Below, piece by piece: positions 6,597 through 16,782 of a stretch of DNA of 64,000 bases. The notes under the pieces are model-generated. The model searched no databases. It worked only from the letters and a program-made list of their open reading frames with translations, and was not told the origin of the DNA. This DNA comes from an uncultured virus (IMG/VR IMGVR_UViG_3300030109_003613) (lineage: Duplodnaviria; Heunggongvirae; Uroviricota; Caudoviricetes), in the IMG/VR virus record IMGVR_UViG_3300030109_003613; one strand, given 5' to 3'. Each line of letters opens with the position of its first letter. The stretch's first letter is position 1. The position numbers were made by a program, and so were the translations under genes.

Positions 6597-8492
6597 ATGA
6601 TATATTTAATAAGTAGCAATAAAACTATGATTACTTCTTTGCAATATAAACTAGCCACAATTGACAATGTAGTTAAATATTGTCAAACTAAATCTGTTTT
6701 AGGTGTAGATACTGAAACAGAAGGTATGGATTTTACTTGCAAGAAAGTAGTTATGTTACAAATTGGTGATGAAGAGAATCAATTTGTAATAGATACTAGA
6801 GATACAGATATAGAACCATTGAGACAAATATTAGAAGATAAAAATATTATTAAAATATTTCATAATGCAAAATTTGACTATAAATTCATTAGAAAAAGTT
6901 TTAATATTAAATGTGATGGTATTTATGATACATTTTTAGTAGAAAGAATTATATCATGTGGTAAAAAATTAGGATATGGATTAAAAGATTTATGTAAAAG
7001 ATATTTAAATGTTGAATTAAATAAAGATGTAAGAAATCAATTTATTAACCTAGAAGGTAGACCATATGATGATAATCAAATTATATACGGAGCAAAAGAT
7101 GTAGAGTATTTAATACAAATAAGAGACTTTCAAATCCCTCTAACTGAGAGACATAAGCTAGAAAATGTAGTTAATATAGAAAACAAAGTTGTACTAGCTT
7201 TAGCAGATATAGAATATAATGGTATAGATTTAAATAGAGATAAATGGAATGAGTTAGAGCATATTAATAAAGCAAATGCTATTGCTCTTGAACAAGAGTT
7301 AGATAATATGATTATAGAAGATGCTAGATTACAAGAGTTTATAGCTAAACAAGTTCAAGGAGATTTATTTAAATCAATTGATGAGATTAGAAAGATTACT
7401 GTTAAATGGACAAGTCCAATACAAGTATTAAAAGTATTTAAGAAGTTATTACCTGATCTTGAGAATGTTAATGGTAAAGAAATGTTTAAACATAGATTTA
7501 AGTTTCCTATTATAGATAAGTATATTAAATATAAAGAAGCTACAAAACTATGTACATCTTATGGTGATTCTTTCTTTAGGAATTTAGCATCTGATGGTAA
7601 AATACACACTAACTTTCATCAAATACTTGATACAGGCCGTGTAAGCTCTTCTAAACCTAATATGCAGCAAATACCTGCAGATAATCAGTTTAGAAATTGT
7701 TTTACAGCTCCAGAAGGATGGAAGTTTGTAAGTAGTGATTATTCTAGTCAAGAGTTAAATGTTATTGCATTTGGATCTAAAGATCCTGTATGGATAAAAG
7801 CTTTAGAAAACAATGAAGATTTACATTCAACATGTGCTGAATTAGTATATGGTGATGAATGGATAAATAACGCAGAAGATAATTGTGTTTATATGAAGCG
7901 TAAAGCTAAATGTAATTGTCCTATGCATAAAAAACTTAGAACAAATGTTAAAACTATTAATTTTGGCCTGGCTTATGGTATGGGTCCTAATAAACTTGCT
8001 GGCACTCTTAATATATCTATGGAACAAGCTAAACAATTAATTGAAAAGTATTTTACTGCTTTTCCTTCAATCAAAGGCTTTTTAGATAGATTAGGAAATT
8101 TTGGTAAAAAGTTTGGATATATTAAAACATTTCCACCTTTTAATAGAAAAAGATGGTTTGTTAATTGGTATCCAAAGATTTGGAACAACAAATCATCTAT
8201 GATAGAATTAGGAAGTATTGAAAGAGCTAGTAAAAACACGCCTATTCAAGGCGCTTCTGCAGATATGACTAAGTTAGCGTTAGTTTTAATTAGAAATTAT
8301 ATAAATATGACAAAAGCACCTGTTAAAATGGTTATGACTGTTCATGATCAAATTGACACAATATGTAGATATGATTATATAGATGAATGGACAATTAAAA
8401 TGAAAGAACTTATGGAATTAGCTGCAAATACTATAGTAACAAACGGATTATTAACCGCTGAGGTCACTATTAGTGATTGTTGGCAAAAATAA
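6597..8492 (+). CDS. polA: DNA polymerase, family A (3'-5' exonuclease + polymerase)
   Basis: ExoI DTET, HNAKFD, TGRVSSSKPNMQQIP, motif A SDYSSQEL, motif B KTINFGLAYG, NTPIQG, motif C VHDQI. Confidence 0.96.
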   Translation: MIYLISSNKTMITSLQYKLATIDNVVKYCQTKSVLGVDTETEGMDFTCKKVVMLQIGDEENQFVIDTRDTDIEPLRQILEDKNIIKIFHNAKFDYKFIRKSFNIKCDGIYDTFLVERIISCGKKLGYGLKDLCKRYLNVELNKDVRNQFINLEGRPYDDNQIIYGAKDVEYLIQIRDFQIPLTERHKLENVVNIENKVVLALADIEYNGIDLNRDKWNELEHINKANAIALEQELDNMIIEDARLQEFIAKQVQGDLFKSIDEIRKITVKWTSPIQVLKVFKKLLPDLENVNGKEMFKHRFKFPIIDKYIKYKEATKLCTSYGDSFFRNLASDGKIHTNFHQILDTGRVSSSKPNMQQIPADNQFRNCFTAPEGWKFVSSDYSSQELNVIAFGSKDPVWIKALENNEDLHSTCAELVYGDEWINNAEDNCVYMKRKAKCNCPMHKKLRTNVKTINFGLAYGMGPNKLAGTLNISMEQAKQLIEKYFTAFPSIKGFLDRLGNFGKKFGYIKTFPPFNRKRWFVNWYPKIWNNKSSMIELGSIERASKNTPIQGASADMTKLALVLIRNYINMTKAPVKMVMTVHDQIDTICRYDYIDEWTIKMKELMELAANTIVTNGLLTAEVTISDCWQK

Positions 8493-8498
8493 TATATT

Positions 8499-8759
8499 AT
8501 GAAAACTTTAATTAAAATACCAGTTTATCATTATGAAAACGATAAAGGACATATTATTATAGATAATGAATCTATAAGAGCTGAGCTCGAATATGAGTTA
8601 AAACGTTTATATCTTGAGACTAAACCAGGTAGAAAAGAAAATATGAATAATCTTTTAAAAAATGAGAAAAATGAGAAAAATCAAACAAACACAAGTAGAT
8701 TCTTACAACGAATTAAAAGAATCTGGCACTATGTCACAAAGACAAAACCAAGTTTATAA
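8499..8759 (+). CDS. Hypothetical protein
   Basis: 86-aa ORF, A-rich start; 3' part overlaps the next gene. Confidence 0.5.
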   Translation: MKTLIKIPVYHYENDKGHIIIDNESIRAELEYELKRLYLETKPGRKENMNNLLKNEKNEKNQTNTSRFLQRIKRIWHYVTKTKPSL

Positions 8760-8940
8760 GGCTTTAGATGCCCAAGGTATGGCTACTAATAGAATGATAG
8801 CTAAACATTTAGGTTGGGATATAAACCGTGTAACAGGTAGAGTAACTGAACTTGTTAATTTAGGTAAGATTACTGCTAATGGGACATATTTAGATAAAGA
8901 AACAAACAGAACTGTAACATTATGGAAATGCTCAAAATGA
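8662..8940 (+). CDS. Winged-helix DNA-binding protein (MarR-like)
   Basis: RQNQVYKAL...TNRMIAKHLGWDINRVTGRVTELVNLG. Confidence 0.75.
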   Translation: MRKMRKIKQTQVDSYNELKESGTMSQRQNQVYKALDAQGMATNRMIAKHLGWDINRVTGRVTELVNLGKITANGTYLDKETNRTVTLWKCSK

Positions 8941-10100
8941 TTAATTTAAATAAAACGAAAGATGCGGAACAAAGAAAAGCTCTCAATCTCTGGGCTCTTA
9001 ATAGTTACAATGGAAGTATCATTGCTGGTACTGGGTTTGGTAAGTCTAGGTGTGGTGTTACTGCTTGTAATCATACCTTATCTAATAATCCTAATGCTAA
9101 AGCTATTATTTTGGTACCTACTACGCAATTGCAAAAACAATTTCAAGAGGAATTTCTAAAATGGGGATATGAAGATTGCCTAGACAGGGTTGATATTATT
9201 TGTTATCAATCTGCTTATAAATTACAAGATCAACACTATGATATTGTTGTATGTGATGAAATACATTTAGGTTTATCTTTAGAATATCGTAAATTTTTTG
9301 AAAATAATAGTTTTAATAAGATATTATGTATGACTGCTACGCCTCCAGAAGAGCCGGAGTATCAATCATTATTACAGGAATTAGCGCCTACAGTTTATAC
9401 AATAACATTAGATGAATGTGTAAATTTAGGCCTAGTTTCTCCTTATGAAATTTATTGTATGCCAGTAGATTTAACAGTAGAAGAAAGAGAAGCTTATAAA
9501 AACATAAATAACAAATTTGTATATTATAAATACCAATTGGGACAATTTGATGCTTTTAATGAAGCTAAAAGATTAATGAGTGATAAAAATGCGGATAGTC
9601 ATAGTAAAGGAATGGCTGCACAATTTTACAGATGTATTAGATCACGAAAAGCAATTGTTGATTTTGCTGAAAATAAAATAACAGAATTTAAAAAGTTAGT
9701 TTATCAACACCTTGATAAAAAAATACTTGCCTTTGGAGGCGCTAATGAATTTACAGATCGCTTATGTGATTCTATAGACCCATTAGGTATGGCTTATCAC
9801 AGTAAGAAAACTAAAAAACAAAGAGAAAATTCGTTAAAATATTTTAAAAATGATACAATTAATGTTTTGTGCTCAACTAAAGCGCTTAATCAAGGATTAG
9901 ATGTACCTAATGCTAATATGGGAATAATATGTGGAATTACTAGTAAATCATTATCAATGATTCAAAGGGTAGGTAGACTTATTAGACTCAAAGAAGGTAA
10001 AGTTGGTAAAATATACATTTTATATATTAAAGATAGCCAAGAAGAAAAATGGTTAAAAAATGCTGTTAAAAAGCTTGATAATATTAACTGGTTACCATAA
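8922..10100 (+). CDS. SF2 DExH helicase (UvsW/Rad25-like)
   Basis: GTGFGKS, DEIH, TAT, LNQGLDVP, QRVGRLIR. Confidence 0.92.
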   Translation: MEMLKMINLNKTKDAEQRKALNLWALNSYNGSIIAGTGFGKSRCGVTACNHTLSNNPNAKAIILVPTTQLQKQFQEEFLKWGYEDCLDRVDIICYQSAYKLQDQHYDIVVCDEIHLGLSLEYRKFFENNSFNKILCMTATPPEEPEYQSLLQELAPTVYTITLDECVNLGLVSPYEIYCMPVDLTVEEREAYKNINNKFVYYKYQLGQFDAFNEAKRLMSDKNADSHSKGMAAQFYRCIRSRKAIVDFAENKITEFKKLVYQHLDKKILAFGGANEFTDRLCDSIDPLGMAYHSKKTKKQRENSLKYFKNDTINVLCSTKALNQGLDVPNANMGIICGITSKSLSMIQRVGRLIRLKEGKVGKIYILYIKDSQEEKWLKNAVKKLDNINWLP

Positions 10101-10119
10101 TAAATACATACATTTTTTG

Positions 10120-10127
10120 TATATTTG
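10120..10127 (+). promoter_or_regulatory. Bacteroidota -7 promoter box
   Basis: TATATTTG 21 nt before the ATG at 10149. Confidence 0.5.
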
Positions 10128-10148
10128 TAACCTCCAAAAACTTTTAAT

Positions 10149-10700
10149 ATGACGATAGAATTAGACTTAAACTTATTAAAAGATACAGGGTTAAGCGCGG
10201 ATGAATATACTGCGCTTTATCTTTTGTATCGTAAAGGATATGGATATTTTGATAAACTAAATTTAAACTTTGACTGGATTATACTACAAACAAAAGGATA
10301 TGTTGAATTAGATAATGAAAATATTTTAAATTATTCTGTTACAGATAAGTTTACAGATCTATTTTCTACTAGTTTTGACAGTATGTTTTCAGAACTTATT
10401 TCTTCATATCCAATGAAAGTGGAAACTAAAACAGGTGTAAGAATATTACACGCTGCTAATCCAGATGCCAAATCAAATTTAAAAGCCAAAAATCGGTATC
10501 GTAAAATTGTAGGTAAGAAAGCACATATTCATAAAAGAATAATATTGCTTTTAAATAAGCAACTGTTAATAGACAGAGAAAATCTTGCTTACCTGCAGAA
10601 TTTAGAAACTTGGATTAATAACCATACTTGGGAAAAGTATGAAGATATAGACTACAATGATAACAAACAAAAACCACAAAGAATTACAAGATCACTCTGA
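10149..10700 (+). CDS. Putative replication initiator/helicase-associated protein
   Basis: N-terminal wHTH-like region, C-terminal YLQNLETWINNHTWE; immediately precedes dnaB. Confidence 0.5.
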   Translation: MTIELDLNLLKDTGLSADEYTALYLLYRKGYGYFDKLNLNFDWIILQTKGYVELDNENILNYSVTDKFTDLFSTSFDSMFSELISSYPMKVETKTGVRILHAANPDAKSNLKAKNRYRKIVGKKAHIHKRIILLLNKQLLIDRENLAYLQNLETWINNHTWEKYEDIDYNDNKQKPQRITRSL

Positions 10701-11616
10701 TGTATTTAAAAACCGTGGATTCCAAAAAATAGACAAAGCTGTTAATCAATCTATTGTAATTGTTAAAGATGCAATGAATGGATTAAGGAATGTACTTCCT
10801 ACTAAATGGCCTCGTTTAAATAAGAATCTTCTTGGTGGACTACAACCGGGTAAATTGTATGTAATAGCTGGTAGACCTGGTGTAGGTAAATCAGCTTTTA
10901 GTAATCAACTAGTATTTGATGTACTAGACCAAAACACAGATAAACAAATAATTGTACTTTATTGGACCTTTGAAATGCCGGGTTACCAGCAAGTAATGCG
11001 TAGCGCTTCAAAAGATGTAAGAAAACAATTGGGTGAACTTTTATCTGTAGAAAAACCTTTAGGTCATATGGATTTTAAATCATATGCATCTAAAGTTAAA
11101 AAGTATTCTCATTATAATATTTATTTTAATAATGTTCCAAGAACAATGGAATTTATAATTAAAACTAATGAAGAATTATTTACTGAGAATCCTGACACAT
11201 TGATAATAAATTTATTTGATCACTCTAGACTTATTAGAGGTAATGAGGAAACAGAATTACAGAAATTAAATACTATTTCTAAAGGATGCATGTTTCTTCA
11301 ATCTAGAATGGGAACAATAAATATATTATTATCTCAATTGAATCGTAACATAGAGCAAGAGCATCGTGCAAAAAATCAATATCAACCATTACTAACAGAT
11401 TTGTTTGGTGGTGATAGTATTGGGCAAGATGCGCATGTTGTTATGATTTTAAATAGACCTTATGATTTATATGGTATAACAGAAAGATATTGCGATGAAG
11501 ATCCAGTAGGCTTACTAGCATGCCATGTAGAAAAAAATCGTGATGGTTTATTAGGAATGATAGGGTATGAAGCAGAGCTTTCAACCTTTAATATTAACGA
11601 AAGAAAAACAAGATGA
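10657..11616 (+). CDS. dnaB: DnaB-like replicative helicase (C-terminal ATPase domain)
   Basis: IAGRPGVGKS, FEM, LLSQLNR, SIGQDAHVV, EKNRDG. Confidence 0.93.
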   Translation: MITNKNHKELQDHSDVFKNRGFQKIDKAVNQSIVIVKDAMNGLRNVLPTKWPRLNKNLLGGLQPGKLYVIAGRPGVGKSAFSNQLVFDVLDQNTDKQIIVLYWTFEMPGYQQVMRSASKDVRKQLGELLSVEKPLGHMDFKSYASKVKKYSHYNIYFNNVPRTMEFIIKTNEELFTENPDTLIINLFDHSRLIRGNEETELQKLNTISKGCMFLQSRMGTINILLSQLNRNIEQEHRAKNQYQPLLTDLFGGDSIGQDAHVVMILNRPYDLYGITERYCDEDPVGLLACHVEKNRDGLLGMIGYEAELSTFNINERKTR

Positions 11617-12083
11617 AAACAAAAATAGCAAAATCTCTAGCCAAATATCAGAAATTAGATATTTTATTGAAACTAGTTTCAGATATATGCGATATTAAAA
11701 TTTCAACCTTAAAAAGTAAAGTTAGACATAGAAATGTAGTAGATGCTAGAAGAATATATTCAGTAATAGCTAGAAAATATTTTGCATTTACATTAGGTGA
11801 AATAGCAGCTGTAATAAGAAGAGATCATGCAAGTGTATTGCATCATTTAAAAACACATGAAGCTTTACTTAATTTTGATGATATATATACTCATTTTTTC
11901 AATCTTTGTGAACACACAGTTTCTGAAACAGAGATCATACAAAACAATGATAAAGTTAATTTTATTGATGCTTTAGTTGCAGAAAACAGAATGTTAAGAA
12001 ATGAAGTTGATACTTTATCAGAATTACTTAGTAACATTAAAATTAAATTAAATGAAGTTAACGAAGAAGCAAATACGCAATAG
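11613..12083 (+). CDS. Protein with a DnaA C-terminal (domain IV) HTH
   Basis: LKSKVRHRNVVDARRI...TLGEIAAVIRRDHASVLH resembles the DnaA RDHTTV helix. Confidence 0.8.
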   Translation: MKTKIAKSLAKYQKLDILLKLVSDICDIKISTLKSKVRHRNVVDARRIYSVIARKYFAFTLGEIAAVIRRDHASVLHHLKTHEALLNFDDIYTHFFNLCEHTVSETEIIQNNDKVNFIDALVAENRMLRNEVDTLSELLSNIKIKLNEVNEEANTQ

Positions 12084-12084
12084 A

Positions 12085-12171
12085 ATGATTAGTGCCTTTT
12101 TTTGTTACGTTGGTATAATGGGTATAATTTTAACCATTGTATTAATGTGGATAACTAATGGCTTAAGATAA
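12085..12171 (+). CDS. Small hydrophobic peptide (28 aa)
   Basis: MISAFFCYVGIMGIILTIVLMWITNGLR fills the gap; single TM-like segment. Confidence 0.4.
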   Translation: MISAFFCYVGIMGIILTIVLMWITNGLR

Positions 12172-12192
12172 TAAAAATAAAATCAATTTAAT

Positions 12193-12891
12193 ATGGAATT
12201 ACCAACTAAAAAGGTTAAGGCGAGCCGAAAATCACCTAAAAACATGATAATATATGGTCCCCCTAAAATAGGTAAGACTACTGTATTATCACAACTTGAT
12301 AATTGTTTGATTATAGATTTAGAAGACGGTTCAGATATGGTTGATGCTTTAAAAATTAAAGTAAATAACTTAAAAGAATTGGCTGAAGTTGGAAGAGAAA
12401 TAATTAAACAAGGAAAACCATATAAATATATTGCTATTGACACTATCTCTAAATTAGAGGAATGGTGTGAAATTGAAGGCAAGCAAATTTATATGAAGAC
12501 TCCTATGGGTAAAAACTTTGAGACTAAAAGTCCGGGTATGTCAATACTATCATTACCAAATGGCGCAGGTTATTTATATTTAAGAATGGCCTATAAAAAA
12601 TGGATAGATAGGATGAATATGTTAGCGGATCATATTATCTTAGTTGGACACTTAAAGGATAAAATGCTTGAAAAGAAAGGAAAAGAGGTTGCTGTAAAGG
12701 ACCTTGATTTGACTGGTAAGATCAAGCAGATTACATGTGCTAATGCTGATGCTGTTGGTTATATATACAGAGAAAATGATGAAACTATGATTTCATTTGA
12801 TTCTTTAGAAGATATAACTGCAGGCAGTAGATGCAATCACTTAAAAGGTCAGGCCATGCCTTTAGAATGGTCAAAGATTTTTATAGACTAA
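12193..12891 (+). CDS. AAA_24 / Sak4-like P-loop ATPase
   Basis: IIYGPPKIGKTT, IIDLEDGS, IAIDTI, ILVGH, ADAVGY. Confidence 0.85.
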   Translation: MELPTKKVKASRKSPKNMIIYGPPKIGKTTVLSQLDNCLIIDLEDGSDMVDALKIKVNNLKELAEVGREIIKQGKPYKYIAIDTISKLEEWCEIEGKQIYMKTPMGKNFETKSPGMSILSLPNGAGYLYLRMAYKKWIDRMNMLADHIILVGHLKDKMLEKKGKEVAVKDLDLTGKIKQITCANADAVGYIYRENDETMISFDSLEDITAGSRCNHLKGQAMPLEWSKIFID

Positions 12892-12914
12892 TTAATTAAT
12901 TAAAAACCAAAAAA

Positions 12915-13289
12915 ATGATTAACGCAAGAACAAATGGTGTTGATGCTGCACCTACTGGTACAAAACCAGAAACAATTACAGTATCAATGATTCTTGAAGA
13001 CTTGGAAAACGGTATAGATCGTACAGGTATTCAAACTAAATACAACTTAGAAAAGTGGGAAGTGACTCAAATGTTTCAACATCCTACTTTAAAAGGAAAG
13101 AAAGCTAAAAAAGTTAAGAAACTTTCTTTCAATTTCGTAGATGATACTACACCAGATCCTAATCAGACTAGCATTCCTGTAGAAACATTAGAACATAAAG
13201 GTGTGCTGGAAGATGTAGAATCTACAATGAATTCTTTTGACGAATCAATGAATGATGACTCAGATGATACAGATCAATTACAATTTTAA
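12915..13289 (+). CDS. Hypothetical protein with acidic tail
   Basis: 124-aa ORF ending DDSDDTDQLQF. Confidence 0.7.
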   Translation: MINARTNGVDAAPTGTKPETITVSMILEDLENGIDRTGIQTKYNLEKWEVTQMFQHPTLKGKKAKKVKKLSFNFVDDTTPDPNQTSIPVETLEHKGVLEDVESTMNSFDESMNDDSDDTDQLQF

Positions 13290-13307
13290 CAATTAAATTT
13301 ATTTATT

Positions 13308-14081
13308 ATGGCAATTAAAATGAATGCTAGCAACCAAGAAGTTGTTGGCGGATTAAAACTATTTTCAGGTTTAACAAATGTATCAGTTATTGCAGTGAAT
13401 CCAACTATGGCTGAATTGCATGCTTTAGATATTAAAGTTAAAGCTGAACCGACTTATGATGTAACTATTGGAGAGGAAGAATACAGTAAAGTAATATTCT
13501 GGTTAAAAAACAATGATGCAACTTTTAGATTAGAAGTGTTGCTTCAAGACAAAGCTAGAATGTCACAGACAGGTAAATATCAATGGATTAATTCTATTGG
13601 TCAATCTACTTGGTCTACAGCTGAACCTACTTATGAGTGGTGGAAAGCAGAAGGACAACGTAAAGGTTATGTTGGCGAAGAAACATTAATTAACTTTGTA
13701 AGAGCTTGGGCAAACGTTGCTAACGGGGACGAAGCATACTTTGAAACTATGAGTGCAATTGCTAAAGGCGATGTAAAAGAAGTTAAAGCATTAGTTTCTG
13801 TTTTGAAAGAAAATCAAGTCAGAGTACTAGTTGGTGTAAAAGATGATAAATACCAAACTGTTTATACAAAATATTTTGGTAGAATCAAACCACAAAGAGA
13901 TGATTTATTCATAAAAGCTTTAAATGACGATTATGGTTCATTTAATGCTGATTTTAATACAGATTTACAATGGGGAACACACGTTCCTACGATCTCTGCA
14001 GTAACTCCTGATTCAGATGTGTCTGAAAATGAAGATTGGGGAACAAATAAAGATACTGCTGAAGAAGATCTACCGTTCTAG
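13308..14081 (+). CDS. Putative single-stranded DNA-binding protein
   Basis: Acidic C-terminus EEDLPF (SSB-type tip); lies between the Sak4-like ATPase and primase. Confidence 0.6.
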   Translation: MAIKMNASNQEVVGGLKLFSGLTNVSVIAVNPTMAELHALDIKVKAEPTYDVTIGEEEYSKVIFWLKNNDATFRLEVLLQDKARMSQTGKYQWINSIGQSTWSTAEPTYEWWKAEGQRKGYVGEETLINFVRAWANVANGDEAYFETMSAIAKGDVKEVKALVSVLKENQVRVLVGVKDDKYQTVYTKYFGRIKPQRDDLFIKALNDDYGSFNADFNTDLQWGTHVPTISAVTPDSDVSENEDWGTNKDTAEEDLPF

Positions 14082-14155
14082 TGGACGCGTTAGTAATTAT
14101 TGTATTATTCATGGGTTTAGTATTTGTATGCACATCACATTTACGAGGCCTTTAA
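14081..14155 (+). CDS. Small hydrophobic peptide (24 aa, GTG start)
   Basis: MDALVIIVLFMGLVFVCTSHLRGL, TAGTG-coupled to the upstream stop and ending just before a terminator. Confidence 0.35.
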   Translation: MDALVIIVLFMGLVFVCTSHLRGL

Positions 14156-14160
14156 AATAA

Positions 14161-14190
14161 AAAGGGGAGTCTTAATTGACTCTCCTTTTA
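14161..14190 (+). terminator. Intrinsic terminator
   Basis: AAAGGGGAGTC-TTAATT-GACTCTCCTTTT. Confidence 0.75.
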
Positions 14191-14213
14191 TATTTTTATT
14201 AAATTTGAAAACT

Positions 14214-15197
14214 ATGTTTAAAAAAAGAAAAAGTGATGATCACTTACATACAGATGTAATACTTTCTAAAATTTCTGATTTTGATATTTTTTCATATTAT
14301 TGCCCTTCTTTTAAAGAAATAGGCAAAAAGTTTTGTAGTGAATTACGAGAAGACAATAATCCGACAGCTTCTATTATACCATGGAATAGAAAATTATTAT
14401 ATAAAGATTTTGGGTATTCTGAACACACATTAGATTGCTTTAATTATGTTAGAGTAAAATTTGGATGTTCATTTTATAGTGCTTTAAGAATAATTGATTG
14501 TGATTTCAATTTAGGATTAAGTTCTAAAAAAGCAGAGCTTAATTTTACTATGGGATATTTAGGCTATGTACGAAAAAGGCCGACTTATAATAAACCTTTA
14601 GTAATTATTAAGAAAAAAAGAAGATCATGGAATAAAGAAGATGCGACTTTTTGGAGTAAATACTTGATTAATAGAAAAATATTAACTAAATTTGGCGTTG
14701 AACCGATAAGTCACTACTGGGTGAACGAATATAGATTCACATGTAAATCTGCTAGTTATGCGTTTAGACTTAATAAACGTTTTAAAATTTATTGTCCATA
14801 TGAAAAAAATAACAAATGGACAAGTAATACTAAAAAGGCTGACATCCAAGGGTGGAATCAATTACCACAAAAAGGAAACCTTATCATTTTAACCTCATCT
14901 TTAAAAGACGTAATGTGTTTAAATGCAGCGGGCTATGACGCTATTGCTCTTCAGAGCGAAATGCAAATACCTGAAGCAAAAATTATAGATGAATTAAAAG
15001 AAAGATTTAATGAAATTATTGTTTTTTACGACAATGATTTTGATAAGGAAAGTAATCCAGGTCAAATAACAGCTAATAAAATTTGTGATTTATATGGTTT
15101 AACTAATGTGTGTATACCTACAGAATGGAAATGTAAAGATCCTTCTGATTTAGTTAAAACACACGGCAGTTTTAACAAACTTAAATCATTATTATGA
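14214..15197 (+). CDS. dnaG: DNA primase (crAss-type, TOPRIM)
   Basis: FCSELREDNNPTA, YKDFG, TSSLKDVMCL, YDNDFD, KDPSD; start moved to ATG 14214, downstream of the terminator. Confidence 0.85.
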   Translation: MFKKRKSDDHLHTDVILSKISDFDIFSYYCPSFKEIGKKFCSELREDNNPTASIIPWNRKLLYKDFGYSEHTLDCFNYVRVKFGCSFYSALRIIDCDFNLGLSSKKAELNFTMGYLGYVRKRPTYNKPLVIIKKKRRSWNKEDATFWSKYLINRKILTKFGVEPISHYWVNEYRFTCKSASYAFRLNKRFKIYCPYEKNNKWTSNTKKADIQGWNQLPQKGNLIILTSSLKDVMCLNAAGYDAIALQSEMQIPEAKIIDELKERFNEIIVFYDNDFDKESNPGQITANKICDLYGLTNVCIPTEWKCKDPSDLVKTHGSFNKLKSLL

Positions 15198-16360
15198 AAC
15201 GAGATGAAATTATAGAAAAATTTAGAACACGAAAAGGATTTTTAAAAAAAGGAGCACAATGGTTAGCAGATAAATGGGATGTAGATATAGCTATTATTAG
15301 AGATTGTAAAAAATTAGTAACCTCTGAAGAATGGGTACAAGAAAGAATGAATAACGACAATGGACATGAGTTAAGCGAAAGTCAAGCATTTTCAAAACAT
15401 TTATTAGATAACGGGTTAACAATGGCAGATGTAAAATCTGTTAAATTTTGGCAAAATTTTAATGGAGAACAAAGATATAGTATAGTAACTCATAACCAAT
15501 GGCATGAACAGCCTCAAGTTAAAGATGAATTGCTAAATTATATAAAAAGTAGATCTATTAAAGTCCCAAAACTTAAATATAAAAAGCCTAAAGATCCTAT
15601 TTGTTATGAAATATCTTTACCAGATATACATTATGGTAAAATAACTGATGAAGCTCCAGAAGCATTAGAAAAACATTATTTACAAGCTATTCAAGATTTA
15701 CATAGAAAAGCTGATGGTTTAGAAATTGAAAGATTTTTATTACCAGTAGGTAATGATGGTCTTAATTCTGAAGGTATGAGCAGGGCTACAACTAAAGGTA
15801 CACCTCAACAAGATAGCATGCGATGGCGTCAATCTTTTAGAGGTTATTGGCATTTAGTTACAAAAGCTATAGATTATTTATCACAATTTGCTCCAGTGGA
15901 TGTTGTAGTAATACAAGGTAACCATGACTTTGAACGTATGTTTTATGTGGGAGAAGTATTAGATGCTTTATATAATAATAATAAAAATGTGAGTGTAGAC
16001 AATAGTTTAGAATCACGTAAATATTATGAGTATGGAGTAAATATGATTATGTTTACACATGGAGATAAAGAAAAAGCTCAAGAACTTCCTTTATTAATAG
16101 CAACAGAACAACCTGATATGTGGAGTAGATGTAAAGTTAGAGAAATACATTGTGGGCATAAACATAAAGAAATGCTCAATGAGTATATGGGAACTAAAGT
16201 TAGATTTATTCCTAGTATTTGCGCTAATGATACTTGGCATAAAACTCAAGGATATGTTGGGACGCTTAGATGTGGTCAAGCTTTTATTTGGAATAAAAAG
16301 AGAGGATTAGAAGGATTTTTACAAACTAATGTTATGAATTATGAAGAGGAGAAAGTATAG
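15194..16360 (+). CDS. Calcineurin-like metallophosphoesterase
   Basis: DIHYG, GND, GNHD, HGD, GHKH motifs. Confidence 0.85.
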   Translation: MKRDEIIEKFRTRKGFLKKGAQWLADKWDVDIAIIRDCKKLVTSEEWVQERMNNDNGHELSESQAFSKHLLDNGLTMADVKSVKFWQNFNGEQRYSIVTHNQWHEQPQVKDELLNYIKSRSIKVPKLKYKKPKDPICYEISLPDIHYGKITDEAPEALEKHYLQAIQDLHRKADGLEIERFLLPVGNDGLNSEGMSRATTKGTPQQDSMRWRQSFRGYWHLVTKAIDYLSQFAPVDVVVIQGNHDFERMFYVGEVLDALYNNNKNVSVDNSLESRKYYEYGVNMIMFTHGDKEKAQELPLLIATEQPDMWSRCKVREIHCGHKHKEMLNEYMGTKVRFIPSICANDTWHKTQGYVGTLRCGQAFIWNKKRGLEGFLQTNVMNYEEEKV

Positions 16361-16781
16361 AAGAAAAGGAACAAAAGTAGTTAATGCAGTAAAATCAGAA
16401 TATAAAGGAATTAAGTTTCAATCATATTTAGAGCTGTTTGCCTACAAAAGTTTAGAAGAAGCTAAAATACCAGTGGAATATGAAAAACATACATTTACAG
16501 TATTTGATGCTATGGTATATCCTCAAGCATGCTACGAAGGAACCAAAAGAAAGTTATATAATAAAGGTAGCAAGATAAGAGCTATTACGTATACTCCTGA
16601 CTTTGTAGATCCTAATGGTAAATGGATTATGGAAACAAAAGGTCATGCTAATGAATCTTTTCCTTTAAGATGGAAACTATTTAAAAAACATCTTAAAGAT
16701 AATAATCTACAGTATGTAATTTTTATGCCTAGAAATAAAGGACAAGTTACAGAAGCTATTGAATTGATCAAACAATTATAA
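16341..16781 (+). CDS. PD-(D/E)XK endonuclease (T7 endonuclease I/DUF1064-like)
   Basis: FQSYLE, YTPDF, METKG. Confidence 0.8.
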   Translation: MKRRKYRRKGTKVVNAVKSEYKGIKFQSYLELFAYKSLEEAKIPVEYEKHTFTVFDAMVYPQACYEGTKRKLYNKGSKIRAITYTPDFVDPNGKWIMETKGHANESFPLRWKLFKKHLKDNNLQYVIFMPRNKGQVTEAIELIKQL

Positions 16782-16782
16782 C

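Noticed and set aside
14124..14213. Longer N-termini given by the ORF track (primase 14124, exonuclease 22008, ring protein 54644)
   Set aside because: They run through terminators, structured RNA or upstream genes; downstream ATGs with A-rich leaders fit better.
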